A stretch of 64,000 nt of DNA from a virus. A model generated the notes under the pieces. That model worked only from the letters and a program-made list of their open reading frames with translations, did no database searches and had not been told where the DNA came from. A program made the position numbers and the translations under genes. Shown one piece after another: positions 1 to 9,977 of the stretch; within the stretch, counting starts at the first letter, position 1; each line of letters opens with the position of its first letter. Location: positions 1 to 64,000 of IMG/VR virus record IMGVR_UViG_3300020312_000068; one strand, written 5' to 3'.

Positions 1-2478
1 AACTGGTGGATCGGTCAAGTAGAGAATGATGGATCAGATCCAGATAATGATGGTTCTGCCCCTAAGGATTATGATTATACCAACAAGGTAAAATGTAGGA
101 TAGTAGGGTATCATAATCCAGATAAGGAGATACTACCTACTACTGATTTACCATGGGCCAGTTGTTTATTCCCTGTGATGTATGCACAGAGGAGTGGTAT
201 TGGTACTAACCAGCAATTACAAATAGGTTCATGGGTTGTTGGATTCTTTATGGATGGATCCTCATCTCAGTTACCTGTTATTATGGGTAGTATTCCTGAT
301 GAGAACCCTGATGGTGCCTATAAGAAGGAGGGTGAAGAGGGTAAAGGATACCAACCTATACTGGCACCTGACTATGATAAGTTAAAGCATGGTGAATCAG
401 GTGGTTCACAAGTTGGTGGTACTGCTGATACTGTTAAAGATAATGCTACTACTGGTAATAAAGAAGCAACAGATGATCAGGGAGGAGATACTGATGGTGA
501 AGAGTCAACTGTAAACCCACGTGGTAAGGCTTCTGGTCAAACCACAGCTATGGTTCAGGCTGACAAGAGGAAGAATTATGTTGTACATGTAGGTAATGGT
601 AAGTGTGGTACTCCTGCTGATGTAAAGATGAAGGGTGCCATTGGTGAATTACTAAAGTTTGCTAGAGGTATAGAGAAGAATGATGTAGATGAGTTTGTTG
701 ATAAGATCACTGGTGATATTGTAGATGTACGGGATGAGATAGATGCAGTATCAGAAAGGATACATGGTTTCATGGGTAGTGTCTTGGGTAATATTAAAGG
801 CACTGTGATGAAGGAGGCGAATGATTATATTCAGGGTGTTATTAATGATATTAAGATACCTGATCCAGATCTATTAGGTCCTGCTAAGAAGCAACTCAAA
901 AACGTATCTGATCTAATTAACTGTCTCTTCAAACAGATATTCAATGAGTTACTTGATGTTATTAAAGGTCTCCTTTCTGATTTACTCTCGCAAGTACTAG
1001 ATTCTGCTCTTTGCTTTATTCAGGATCTATTTGGAGAGTTGTTTGGCGATCTTATGAAAAAAATTCTTGATGGTTTAGAGACTGCTTTAGGTATTCTAGA
1101 CGGTGCACTTTCTGCTATCACTGGTGCTGCTGATATGATTCAAGGTCTTATGAGTAAGATTCTTGATCTTGTTGACCTAGTATGTGAAGGTGACCTATCT
1201 TGTGCTTTAGGACTATCTACATTCTCTACATCTGCTGGTCCTCAGGAGAGTGAGAATGATAAGATTAAGAAAGCCCAATCACAATATGGTTCAGCAGCAA
1301 AAGCAGCACTAGAGAAAGGAGGGGCTCAGATAGTTGGTACTGGTAAACCAAACTCTCGTGGCTTTACAACAGCGAAGAAACTTATTGGTGGCAAGTTTGT
1401 TAAGAAAGCCTTTAATACTGTAACTGGTGAGTTTGCTGATGTTGGTGCACCAGGCACAGGTATAAAATCAAGTTCATTTGAAAAAGGTAAGAGTTTAGTT
1501 GAGAAATGGGATAGTGTATACCCTATACGTGATTCAGATGGTAATATTAATTACGAGACTGTTAACTGTAGTCCAGCTAATCGTAATAAGAAACCATGTT
1601 TCCCTGAACTTATATGGGATAATGCTCAGTCTACATCTATCATTAAGGCACTACCTATCATTGATGATATTGGATCAATGGTTGGTGTGTTTATGAGAAA
1701 TAAGGGTTCTGGTATTAGTGCTACAGCCAAGGTTAGAGCCATGTTCACATGTAATGAACCAGAGGGAACGGGTGCATTATTGAAACCCGTTGTTAGCAAT
1801 GGTCAAATAGAAAAGGTTGTTGTGAATAAGACGGGTATTGGTTACGGGTTAGACCCAGACAACACATACTGTCCTAAAGAACAGGTTGTATACCTTATAC
1901 CTAATGTTGAGTTACAAGAGTATGCTGACGAGGGTGATCTATTATTCTTCCAGCCAGAATGGGGTGATGAGAACATTGCTAGGATGATGGTTATCGAGTA
2001 TAATTATCAGAATACTGGATATGCTGCTATCTCTACCTTAGAGAAGACAGATATTATACCAGAGGGTGTAGGATTACAGACCTTAGGTGGTACATTTAAG
2101 TTCACTCTTAACCCAGTTAAACAATTCTTTGATCTTGCTATACCTGCTACTGCTGTAGCAATATGGGCTCAGTGCTCAGATCTATTACCTGTATTAGATA
2201 CACTTGAGGTTATTAATGTAGGTAGAGATTATAAGGAACCTAAGATTAAAGTGGGTAAAGAAGAGGTTGGTTATGTCCCTGTAGATACTAAGGGCAGACT
2301 ATTAAAACCAGTTATAACCACTAGAACTGTAGGATTTGTTACACCTAGGGTTGTTGACTCATCAGGTACAGGAGCAAAGGTTGTTCCTACATATAATTAC
2401 GTTGGACCTAGCAAGTTTAATGAGATATATGAAACTAACACATACATCGACTGCGTAGGTCATCCAGAGATCAAATGA
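1..2478 (+). CDS. gp5: Baseplate hub gp5, N-terminal part (OB-fold); 5' end lies upstream of the window
   Basis: Frame is open from base 1 (NWWIGQVE...KVKCRIVGYH...DLPWA) and continues into VVGFFMDG..QLPVIMGSIP, the T4 gp5 OB-fold motifs. Confidence 0.9.
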   Translation, partial: NWWIGQVENDGSDPDNDGSAPKDYDYTNKVKCRIVGYHNPDKEILPTTDLPWASCLFPVMYAQRSGIGTNQQLQIGSWVVGFFMDGSSSQLPVIMGSIPDENPDGAYKKEGEEGKGYQPILAPDYDKLKHGESGGSQVGGTADTVKDNATTGNKEATDDQGGDTDGEESTVNPRGKASGQTTAMVQADKRKNYVVHVGNGKCGTPADVKMKGAIGELLKFARGIEKNDVDEFVDKITGDIVDVRDEIDAVSERIHGFMGSVLGNIKGTVMKEANDYIQGVINDIKIPDPDLLGPAKKQLKNVSDLINCLFKQIFNELLDVIKGLLSDLLSQVLDSALCFIQDLFGELFGDLMKKILDGLETALGILDGALSAITGAADMIQGLMSKILDLVDLVCEGDLSCALGLSTFSTSAGPQESENDKIKKAQSQYGSAAKAALEKGGAQIVGTGKPNSRGFTTAKKLIGGKFVKKAFNTVTGEFADVGAPGTGIKSSSFEKGKSLVEKWDSVYPIRDSDGNINYETVNCSPANRNKKPCFPELIWDNAQSTSIIKALPIIDDIGSMVGVFMRNKGSGISATAKVRAMFTCNEPEGTGALLKPVVSNGQIEKVVVNKTGIGYGLDPDNTYCPKEQVVYLIPNVELQEYADEGDLLFFQPEWGDENIARMMVIEYNYQNTGYAAISTLEKTDIIPEGVGLQTLGGTFKFTLNPVKQFFDLAIPATAVAIWAQCSDLLPVLDTLEVINVGRDYKEPKIKVGKEEVGYVPVDTKGRLLKPVITTRTVGFVTPRVVDSSGTGAKVVPTYNYVGPSKFNEIYETNTYIDCVGHPEIK

Positions 2479-3380
2479 CACAAGAATTATTCTCAGGTGG
2501 AAGCGTTACTCCTAACAATAATCCACAACATATAACTAAGTATCCAAAGAACTGGGTCATTACCACATCAGCTGGTCATGTACTTGAAATGGATAATACT
2601 GAGGATGGAGAGAGAATACGTCTACTCCACGGTAAATCAGGTAGTATCATAGAAATGGATGAGAATGATGATACATTTATCATCAGCAAAAGACACATAC
2701 ACCTAAATAGTGATGCTACTACGACCTTAAAGGTCGGAAAAGACAAACGCTCTGATAAATTAATCATTCAAGTTATCGGAGATGCTCACCTAAATGTGGA
2801 GGGAGACCTACACACAGAGGTTGAGGGTAATCGTTATGATCAGGTTGACGGTGATTACGAACTGAAGGTCAAGGGAGCAATATCCGTTGACTCAGCAACT
2901 AACATCGGTATCCTCTCAGACAATGAGCTTCGCATAAAAGCGAATACCATTAATAAAACCGCCACTTTTTATAATCTAAACATGCTTGCTGGTGGTGAGC
3001 TCAAAGAGGAGATACATGGCAACCGTGTGGTTAGCATGGATAAAGAGGGAGGTACCTTTGCTATTGAAAGTGCAGGGGATCTTCGATTTAATGTCAAAGG
3101 TTGTGAATACAACAACGTAGGTAGAAACTTATTTACAGAAGTCCAGGGCAAGATGAAAACCATTGCCCATGGCAACGATATTGATTGCATAGAAGGTGGT
3201 GCACCTTCTGGTATGAACGTTTCCAAAGCAGCAAATACAGGTTGGGAACTGAATACAGGCAGCACAGATGTACTAATAAACACAAACAACTTCACCATGT
3301 CAGCTAGTGGCAAGGGGTACATGTCTGCATCTGGGGACGAATTCAAAATCGACTGTAATAACGGTATCTATCTTAATTGA
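2475..3380 (+). CDS. gp5: gp5 C-terminal/beta-helix spike part (split gp5)
   Basis: TSAGHVLEMDNTEDGERIRLLHGKSGSIIE motif and V.G repeats; ATGA overlap with upstream gene. Confidence 0.8.
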   Translation: MTQELFSGGSVTPNNNPQHITKYPKNWVITTSAGHVLEMDNTEDGERIRLLHGKSGSIIEMDENDDTFIISKRHIHLNSDATTTLKVGKDKRSDKLIIQVIGDAHLNVEGDLHTEVEGNRYDQVDGDYELKVKGAISVDSATNIGILSDNELRIKANTINKTATFYNLNMLAGGELKEEIHGNRVVSMDKEGGTFAIESAGDLRFNVKGCEYNNVGRNLFTEVQGKMKTIAHGNDIDCIEGGAPSGMNVSKAANTGWELNTGSTDVLINTNNFTMSASGKGYMSASGDEFKIDCNNGIYLN

Positions 3381-3405
3381 CATTCTGACTTGAATGTCCT
3401 ATACT
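3377..3405 (+). promoter_or_regulatory. Sigma70-type promoter TTGACA-N17-TATACT with overlapping inverted repeat GACATTC/GAATGTC
   Basis: Near-perfect consensus, 12 nt upstream of ATG 3418. Confidence 0.85.
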
Positions 3406-3417
3406 TAAGAAACTACC

Positions 3418-3714
3418 ATGTATGGTATGACAATCACTTCTGAACAGGCCAAGGTTCTCGTAGATTTCATCGATGACGAACTTGCTACATATGTTGAGAA
3501 GAAGGTTAAGGAAATTGATCTCTCGAAAGAGGGTGAAGCCTTTAAGTGCTATGAGACAACTCGCAGTGCTTTAATGGACATCAAAGGCTATGCCTTGGAT
3601 ATCGTAAAATATGCCAGTCAACATTCTGGCACAATGCGTACCCCAAATTCCTATCCTTTGCCCTATATTAAAGACGACACGACTGAAGACCCATGGCACA
3701 ATCACAGTACCTAG
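3418..3714 (+). CDS. Hypothetical protein (98 aa)
   Basis: ORF directly behind a consensus promoter. Confidence 0.7.
   Translation: MYGMTITSEQAKVLVDFIDDELATYVEKKVKEIDLSKEGEAFKCYETTRSALMDIKGYALDIVKYASQHSGTMRTPNSYPLPYIKDDTTEDPWHNHST
3612..3669 (+). promoter_or_regulatory. Palindrome plus -10 promoter cassette (TGCCAG-N8-CTGGCA ... TATATT), inside the upstream CDS
   Basis: Same motif and spacing as nine other copies at 19-28 kb. Confidence 0.7.
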
Positions 3715-3872
3715 CAAAATGCGTGGTGAACGTACCTGCTCGTAAATTTACCCTTCTTAGCGATACTGCTGAGGTCAAGGAAGTAAATTGCGAAACAGCA
3801 GATGAGTTCGAGAGAGTCTTGGACGTTGTTAGATCATCGTGCCAGACAGATGAAGTACAGTATGTTTATTAA
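3693..3872 (+). CDS. Small cyanophage-type hypothetical protein (59 aa, [19 protein letters not shown]...), not in ORF track
   Basis: Translated by hand; fills the gap, has its own promoter, abuts the ACP gene. Confidence 0.75.
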   Translation: MAQSQYLAKCVVNVPARKFTLLSDTAEVKEVNCETADEFERVLDVVRSSCQTDEVQYVY

Positions 3873-3874
3873 TT

Positions 3875-4318
3875 ATGTCACACGCGACAACTTTCGCTGA
3901 AATTAAAAGGATCCTAAGGGAAGCAAAACCTATTACTGATGATGTGCTACTTGAAGTGGCGAAGTTGGCTATTGGAGAAACTCTTGGAGAGAGAGTAGAT
4001 GAACTAGACAATCCTATAGGGTGGGACAGTAAGTTGGGCGATGACCTGATGCTGGACTCACTTGATATGGTTGAGTTAGTAATGTTTCTGGAGGAATGCT
4101 TTGCGGTTGAAATACCTGATGAAGACGCTGTTGACATCATTACTGTTGGTAATGCCTTGGAGGTCATCAAGCGCAATAAAAAGAACGCACCGTCAAAACG
4201 TAAGAAAGTTAACAAGAAGGCCAAGATAGCAAAGAATGTTCAAGAACAGATCGATGCTAAAGCTAAGGCACAGAAGGAACTGGATGATGAATTGGAAAAA
4301 GCGTTAGATGAAAACTAA
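3875..4318 (+). CDS. acpP: Acyl carrier protein with Lys-rich C-terminal extension
   Basis: [37 protein letters not shown] matches the ACP phosphopantetheine (DSLD) region. Confidence 0.88.
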   Translation: MSHATTFAEIKRILREAKPITDDVLLEVAKLAIGETLGERVDELDNPIGWDSKLGDDLMLDSLDMVELVMFLEECFAVEIPDEDAVDIITVGNALEVIKRNKKNAPSKRKKVNKKAKIAKNVQEQIDAKAKAQKELDDELEKALDEN

Positions 4319-5054
4319 GAGGATATATTATAACTATGTGATGGGAGGTAGTGAGGAAGCATTTGGTGAGACAATGGAGCAAGACTTCTTTCCACCAGAT
4401 TACTTCAAAGAACCTACACCTGCTCTTAAAGGATATGATCAGAAGTATCGACATGCTAAATGTCCTGCTTGGAAGAACTATCATAAGAACACATGGGTAA
4501 TACATCAAACATTCCCAGTGGGAATGAAATACGAGTCTGAAAAACAATATCTGTCTACCAACCTAGGACAAGAAATTTTCGACCAGTATTTTATGCTAGG
4601 GGATGGATGGTTAGATGGTGAGTTCCCAGAGGTTCAGTTTAAACAAGGTTATTGTTTCTGGACTGAGGACTCTGATGTATGGATAGAACAATACCAACAT
4701 CCTGCTCTAACTCAACTGGGTTTGGTACAGATACCAGGAGCATTTCCTATATCTGTATGGCAAAGACCAGTTAACTTAGGGTTTACCATTCAGAAGTATG
4801 ATCAAACAATATGGTTGGAGAAAGATTTTCCACTATGTTATGTAAGATTCTCTAGTCAGAGAACTAGGGATGTAAAGTTTACACTAGAGAAGAAGACAGT
4901 TCCACAAGATGTACATAAGAAACAGTTACAAAACTTATGGCTTAAGGACTGGCACAATGGATTCTCATGGGATTTAATAAGAGAACGTTTACGTAAGGAG
5001 GAAGAGGCTGAGAAATCATGCCCAATCAATTTTCTATGGAACAAAAAGAAGTAG
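4308..5054 (+). CDS. Hypothetical protein (248 aa), aromatic-rich, KCPAW motif
   Basis: Long ORF overlapping the end of acpP. Confidence 0.7.
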   Translation: MKTKRIYYNYVMGGSEEAFGETMEQDFFPPDYFKEPTPALKGYDQKYRHAKCPAWKNYHKNTWVIHQTFPVGMKYESEKQYLSTNLGQEIFDQYFMLGDGWLDGEFPEVQFKQGYCFWTEDSDVWIEQYQHPALTQLGLVQIPGAFPISVWQRPVNLGFTIQKYDQTIWLEKDFPLCYVRFSSQRTRDVKFTLEKKTVPQDVHKKQLQNLWLKDWHNGFSWDLIRERLRKEEEAEKSCPINFLWNKKK

Positions 5055-5302
5055 TTGAGTTACAACAAGAGTTTAGAGTCATTGACGGAATAGGGTGCTG
5101 TAAGGTATACTTCTTAAATGGAACTCCATTCACATTTGATGAGGACGTGGTACCTGAAGATTCTAAAGAAATTATGAATGCTGAAGAAAAACCGCACTTC
5201 ACCAACGAAGACCTATATAAAGGTAGTTCCTATCTTTTGGAAGAAGGATTCTTTTTAGAGAACCTTGTCGAAGAACTGAATGATCAAATTGATCAGGATT
5301 AA
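5018..5302 (+). CDS. Acidic hypothetical protein
   Basis: ORF in gene-dense run. Confidence 0.65.
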   Translation: MPNQFSMEQKEVVELQQEFRVIDGIGCCKVYFLNGTPFTFDEDVVPEDSKEIMNAEEKPHFTNEDLYKGSSYLLEEGFFLENLVEELNDQIDQD

Positions 5303-5325
5303 CGCCACCAACCCCACGTGCTAAG

Positions 5326-5659
5326 ATGACGCTAAACACCGAATCGTTAACTAACGAAGTTAAACAGTTAAAAAAAGAGGTAGCCTATCTTAAGAATATA
5401 GTCTTAAATAGTACTTCCACATATACAGAAACACACTTTGAATACACTTCTTACCTGGATCACGCAGCGACTGAAATCGCTGAATACAAAAAACAAATAC
5501 CAAGCAGATACTAAAATAGATAAGGAAAGGCAGCGTAAAGACAACCGTCGTGCTGCTAAAAGACTTATTAAAAACGCTAAAAAACACCCAGAATGGTATA
5601 CTGATCAAGAGATCTGGTTTGCCAAGAGGGTCAAAAAGGAGTTGAAACGGAAGAAGTGA
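5326..5659 (+). CDS. Two overlapping small hypothetical ORFs (5326-5514 and basic 5438-5659); starts uncertain
   Basis: ORF track; the second ends ..AKKHPEWYTDQEIWFAK.. and overlaps the next start. Confidence 0.55.
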
Positions 5660-6222
5660 ATCTAATTACATTATTTCCATCCCCAGTTTTATTACACAAG
5701 CCTAAACTGAGTACAAACTTATTAGAGTGGATAAAACAATATTATGAAACAGGAGAGCACGATAGCAATTCCTCATCTTGTGGATGGCATTCCAAGTATG
5801 ATCTACATGAAGATCAAGACTTCTTAGAACATTTTTTACTGCTACATGCTAATATAGCACATGCTATGTTAGATATAACCGATGCACCGTTTTACATAGC
5901 ATCGATGTGGGCTAACGTTAATAGTCCAGGCGATTTTAATATGTCTCACCTACATGCTGGTGTTGACTTCTCTGGAGTCTTATGGTTACAGACTCCAGAG
6001 AATTGTGGTACCTTGGTGTTTGAGAACGATAAAGCAATCACGAGATATAATTGGAAGATACCTGAGGACGTTAAAGATCAATATAATTTACATGACAGCA
6101 CATGGTTTAGACCTGAGGCAGGAACTATGCTTATATTCCCTGCTGATCTAAGACATAGAGTTGAAAGAAATATGTCTGAAGAGGATCGTATTAGTCTAGG
6201 GTTTAATATTAAATTGAGATGA
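5656..6222 (+). CDS. 2OG-Fe(II) oxygenase (TIGR02466-like)
   Basis: WANVN..GDFNMSHLH..FSGVLWL, LIFPADLRHRV, RISLGFN. Confidence 0.88.
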   Translation: MNLITLFPSPVLLHKPKLSTNLLEWIKQYYETGEHDSNSSSCGWHSKYDLHEDQDFLEHFLLLHANIAHAMLDITDAPFYIASMWANVNSPGDFNMSHLHAGVDFSGVLWLQTPENCGTLVFENDKAITRYNWKIPEDVKDQYNLHDSTWFRPEAGTMLIFPADLRHRVERNMSEEDRISLGFNIKLR

Positions 6223-6749
6223 AAATATCTAATGGTGAAGTGAAGATCATTGATGATCTCATAACTACACAACAACAAATAGAATTATACGTAGAAGCAT
6301 GTAGTTTACCATATCAGTTACGTGGTAGTAATAAGTTTGACGTACAAGATTTAAAGACACAAAAGCCTGTATCATATGTTGATGAGCAGTGGTGTCACGA
6401 GAAATTCTTTAAGAATGGGATAGGTGATTACCTATCAGGGTTCTGTCCACCTAAGATAGATGGAGCCTATATTAATATGGGTCTTCATTCTGAGAACCCT
6501 GATGTTCATGTAGATAGTTCTATCAAAGGAGATAAGACACTACTATACTATATGAATAGAGAGTGGAAACATGAGTGGGGTGGTGAGACTATATTCTTAG
6601 ATGATAACTCTAATGAGATAGAATATATAACACCGTATGTACCAGGTAGAATAATAGTATTTGATTCTACTATCCCACATGCAGCAAGACAGCAGTCATT
6701 TGCTGGTCCTACATATCGGTTTACGTTAGCAATCAAGTTTAAATGTTAG
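6219..6749 (+). CDS. 2OG-Fe(II) oxygenase, prolyl-hydroxylase-like
   Basis: HVD...TLLYY.N.EW..EWGGET, PGRIIVFDSTIPH, RFTLAIK. Confidence 0.88.
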   Translation: MKISNGEVKIIDDLITTQQQIELYVEACSLPYQLRGSNKFDVQDLKTQKPVSYVDEQWCHEKFFKNGIGDYLSGFCPPKIDGAYINMGLHSENPDVHVDSSIKGDKTLLYYMNREWKHEWGGETIFLDDNSNEIEYITPYVPGRIIVFDSTIPHAARQQSFAGPTYRFTLAIKFKC

Positions 6750-7168
6750 AAGAATTCTTAGAATGGTTTGAGGGTAACTTTAACAACTGGGGTCAAGCAT
6801 CTAGTTGGCCATCTCACTATGCTCATGTATTGCTGACACATACTAGACTAGATGGAACTAAATTCTCATCATGTCAAAGATATAAGCATGATGGTAGAGA
6901 GTATAGAAATAAGGATATAGAGATAATAGAGAGAGATGGTGAGATCATAGCTCTTAATCCTGTAGCTGATATCCACTTCCGTAAAGAGGGTGATGCTTAT
7001 ATGGGCAGGAACTACAAATCACCTCTAGTTAATGGTGGATATCTTAGATCTGAGTGTATTTTGGAGAAAGATAAGTATACTGTGATCGATAGAGGCTATG
7101 ATGATAGTGGTAAACAGGTGTGGGGAAGTGAGTACGGTCCATTTGTCTTTGATAAAGAGTATAAATAA
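6743..7168 (+). CDS. cpeT: CpeT/CpcT-type phycobiliprotein lyase
   Basis: FEGNFNNWGQASSWPSHYAHV and DRGYDDSGKQVWGSEYGPFVF motifs. Confidence 0.85.
   Translation: MLEEFLEWFEGNFNNWGQASSWPSHYAHVLLTHTRLDGTKFSSCQRYKHDGREYRNKDIEIIERDGEIIALNPVADIHFRKEGDAYMGRNYKSPLVNGGYLRSECILEKDKYTVIDRGYDDSGKQVWGSEYGPFVFDKEYK
7160..7167 (+). promoter_or_regulatory. T4-type late promoter TATAAATA
   Basis: Exact gp55 consensus upstream of the fibre operon. Confidence 0.8.
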
Positions 7169-7193
7169 CTTGAGAACTTAATGTAGGGTACGT

Positions 7194-8957
7194 GTGGCAA
7201 CTCGTAAGATATCAGATCTAACTCTACTGACCACAGTATCACCATCAGATACCCTTCTGTTGCTTGATAACTCTGATCCAGTAGATACAAATAAAAAGAG
7301 TCAGGTTAGTTCCATATTTAAAGCCGTCGCTGGTGGAACACAGAACCAACCTGGTCTGGCATTTGACCAGAAAACTTCGACTGGATTATATTCTGAAGCT
7401 CAGAACCAACTGGGACTTGCTTTAGGAGACTCAAAACTATTATTAGAAAAGCAATCAACATCTCTTGTAGTAGCTGCTAGAGACTCTGCTGATGCCAACC
7501 TTGACCTAACCCTACAGGCACTTGGTACTGGTGTTATCAGATTTGGATCTGACATTGCTATTACTGATACGGTTTTCAGTATACCTAATAGTTCTGATAA
7601 TAGTAAAATTGCTAAGTTTTCATCAACACAAATACCTACAGGAGAGACTAGAACATATGTTCTACCTGATCCTGGTGTTTCTGCTGATACATTAGTTACA
7701 TTAAATTCTACTCAAACTCTTGCTAACAAGACATTAGATGCCCCCGTGTTCACGGGAACATTGACTGCTACAAGCATGAACTTGAGTGGTAACATACAGG
7801 TAGATAACAATACAACGTTAGGTTCAAGTAATATTGATACTGTTACTGTTGCTGCTACTTCCACGTTTAATGCTAATACAACGTTTAATGGAACTATAAC
7901 TTCTAATGCCCTTACGACTCATACGAACGAAGTACAAATCAATCAGACGAGTGGATCAGGGTTATATAATAAAATTAAATGGTGGGATACCTCACAGAAT
8001 ACCAATGCTGGTAACTGGGCTGCTGATCTAGAAGTTACAAGTGATGCATCAACTAGGTATCTTGATTTAAAATACTATGATACTGATACTGGATATACTT
8101 CTACAAACTTCACATACGGTTTGAGAGTTGCTAGTATTGGATATACATTACCCGAAGCCTCACTAACAGTTAATGGTGGTGTCATTGATGGATATAATAT
8201 TACCAATCCTGGTAAATTCCTTAGTGGTACTGTAACACCTGTACTATCAGGTGATGGCTCAAGTGCTGTAATTACTCCTGTCATTACTAATGGTCAACTA
8301 ACTGCTTTGACTATTTCTAATGGTGGTTCTGGATATACTACAGCAACCATTACATTTACCACATCAGGTGGATCTCTTCAGTATAGAACTTATGATAATT
8401 CTGGAGAGGTAGAGACTAAGGAGACTGTTATTCATACAGGTAACCTTAATTTGATCAGTGCTATTGGTTCAGTTAATAACTTCGTAGCAACTGGTTCAGT
8501 TAACTTTGATGATGGTACATTTGTCCTTGACGATACTAACGATAGAGTTGGTATTGGTAGAACTCCTGCTACTCATAAGCTAGAAGTTGGAGGGGATATA
8601 TACTTTACAGGTCCACAGTTTATTGGTGGTGACAGCTCTTCGTTTACTATTCAAAAGAGACAAGGTGCTGTTCCAATATTATTTAAGAACCAAGGTGGAT
8701 CCACCGAGGTTCAAATTGACGGTTCAGGAAGATTTGGTATCGCAAAGAGTCCTGCCAAGAACCTAGATGTACTTGGTGACAGTAATATAGATGGTGATCT
8801 ATACCTTACTGAAACAGATACAATTAATAATATAGGCGGTGCATTACATTGTAAGCGTCTTAAATTAACTGACTTAAATGGTGCAGTCCAAACAATTACT
8901 GCTGATGATATTTCTGCTACTAGCAGGAATAAAGTTTACTTCCACGCATACTCTTAA
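7194..8957 (+). CDS. Tail fibre/virion structural protein
   Basis: MATRKISDL N-terminus, PGLAF, RVGIG.TP..KLEVGG fibre repeats. Confidence 0.8.
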   Translation: MATRKISDLTLLTTVSPSDTLLLLDNSDPVDTNKKSQVSSIFKAVAGGTQNQPGLAFDQKTSTGLYSEAQNQLGLALGDSKLLLEKQSTSLVVAARDSADANLDLTLQALGTGVIRFGSDIAITDTVFSIPNSSDNSKIAKFSSTQIPTGETRTYVLPDPGVSADTLVTLNSTQTLANKTLDAPVFTGTLTATSMNLSGNIQVDNNTTLGSSNIDTVTVAATSTFNANTTFNGTITSNALTTHTNEVQINQTSGSGLYNKIKWWDTSQNTNAGNWAADLEVTSDASTRYLDLKYYDTDTGYTSTNFTYGLRVASIGYTLPEASLTVNGGVIDGYNITNPGKFLSGTVTPVLSGDGSSAVITPVITNGQLTALTISNGGSGYTTATITFTTSGGSLQYRTYDNSGEVETKETVIHTGNLNLISAIGSVNNFVATGSVNFDDGTFVLDDTNDRVGIGRTPATHKLEVGGDIYFTGPQFIGGDSSSFTIQKRQGAVPILFKNQGGSTEVQIDGSGRFGIAKSPAKNLDVLGDSNIDGDLYLTETDTINNIGGALHCKRLKLTDLNGAVQTITADDISATSRNKVYFHAYS

Positions 8958-8962
8958 TTCTC

Positions 8963-9973
8963 ATGGCTAATGGTGTACTAGCGAGCTTCCAATCCGCTAC
9001 AACGAAATACTCTCATCAGTTCGTGGATCAGACCGCTAATCCTAATGGTCTGGTACGTGCTGATTTTCCCATTTATACATGTCCTGGTGCTACCATTACG
9101 AGTGGTTCACTTAGGATAATGAACACAACAGGTTCTACTGCTACAGTTGATGTGGCTATACAAGATTATACCTGTCAATTACAACTTGCTGCTCCAGGTT
9201 CACAGTCTCCTGTGGTATCTAACTGGTCAGCATTTACATTCCAACCTAACCAAGATGTAACAAGTTCATATGTTATTGTTGGTAGTCACAACGGTACAGC
9301 ATATGTACCTGGCGAGACTATAACAGTATCTGGTGGTGGATTAGCTGGTACTAATACAGGTGTGGTAGTTGCGTGGGATGCTGCTAACCTTAAAGTTTGG
9401 TACAAGGATCCTGTTGGTGATTGGCCAATTACTGTTGCTGCTGGAATTACTATTGCTGGTGCAGGTGGTGGATCAGGTACTATGACTGATAGTGCTGTTG
9501 GAACATGGGGAAGATGTGTTGCTTATGATAGATTACAGGGTCAGTTATTGGTACAGAATAGTACATTAACTAATAATGTATTCTCAAGTAAGTATACTGA
9601 TCTCTCTAATCAGAGAGTATCTGGTATTGGTGGTGCTGGACAACTAAGTAACCAGGCTAGAAACCTAACTTGGATGCCTTCGTTGAGTACAGTGACATTA
9701 TATAATAACGCAAACCAGAGTGGTACTGCTATCACTGCTGAATGGAAACAGACACTTGATAACGGGTCTGGTGCATATCCTGAAGTTATCTTAAGTGGAG
9801 TAGAATACTCCAATGATCAAAATAAGATTCTTAAGTCTTATCCTATACCTAACAATTCTGAAGTGAGTTTGACAGGACTGGTACTTGAACAGTGGCAGAA
9901 CCTCTATGTTAATGCGTCTGCTGGCGCAACATTTAATTTCATTGGTTTTGAAGAAACTACAACAATTTCCTAA
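8963..9973 (+). CDS. Virion structural protein (fibre-associated)
   Basis: MANGVLAS...FNFIGFEE termini; late operon position. Confidence 0.7.
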   Translation: MANGVLASFQSATTKYSHQFVDQTANPNGLVRADFPIYTCPGATITSGSLRIMNTTGSTATVDVAIQDYTCQLQLAAPGSQSPVVSNWSAFTFQPNQDVTSSYVIVGSHNGTAYVPGETITVSGGGLAGTNTGVVVAWDAANLKVWYKDPVGDWPITVAAGITIAGAGGGSGTMTDSAVGTWGRCVAYDRLQGQLLVQNSTLTNNVFSSKYTDLSNQRVSGIGGAGQLSNQARNLTWMPSLSTVTLYNNANQSGTAITAEWKQTLDNGSGAYPEVILSGVEYSNDQNKILKSYPIPNNSEVSLTGLVLEQWQNLYVNASAGATFNFIGFEETTTIS

Positions 9974-9977
9974 TTAG

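Noticed and set aside
1-3380. Split gp5 lacking a lysozyme domain and lying far from the PAAR/gp25 genes
   Set aside because: As far as I know this is a usual arrangement in T4-like cyanophages
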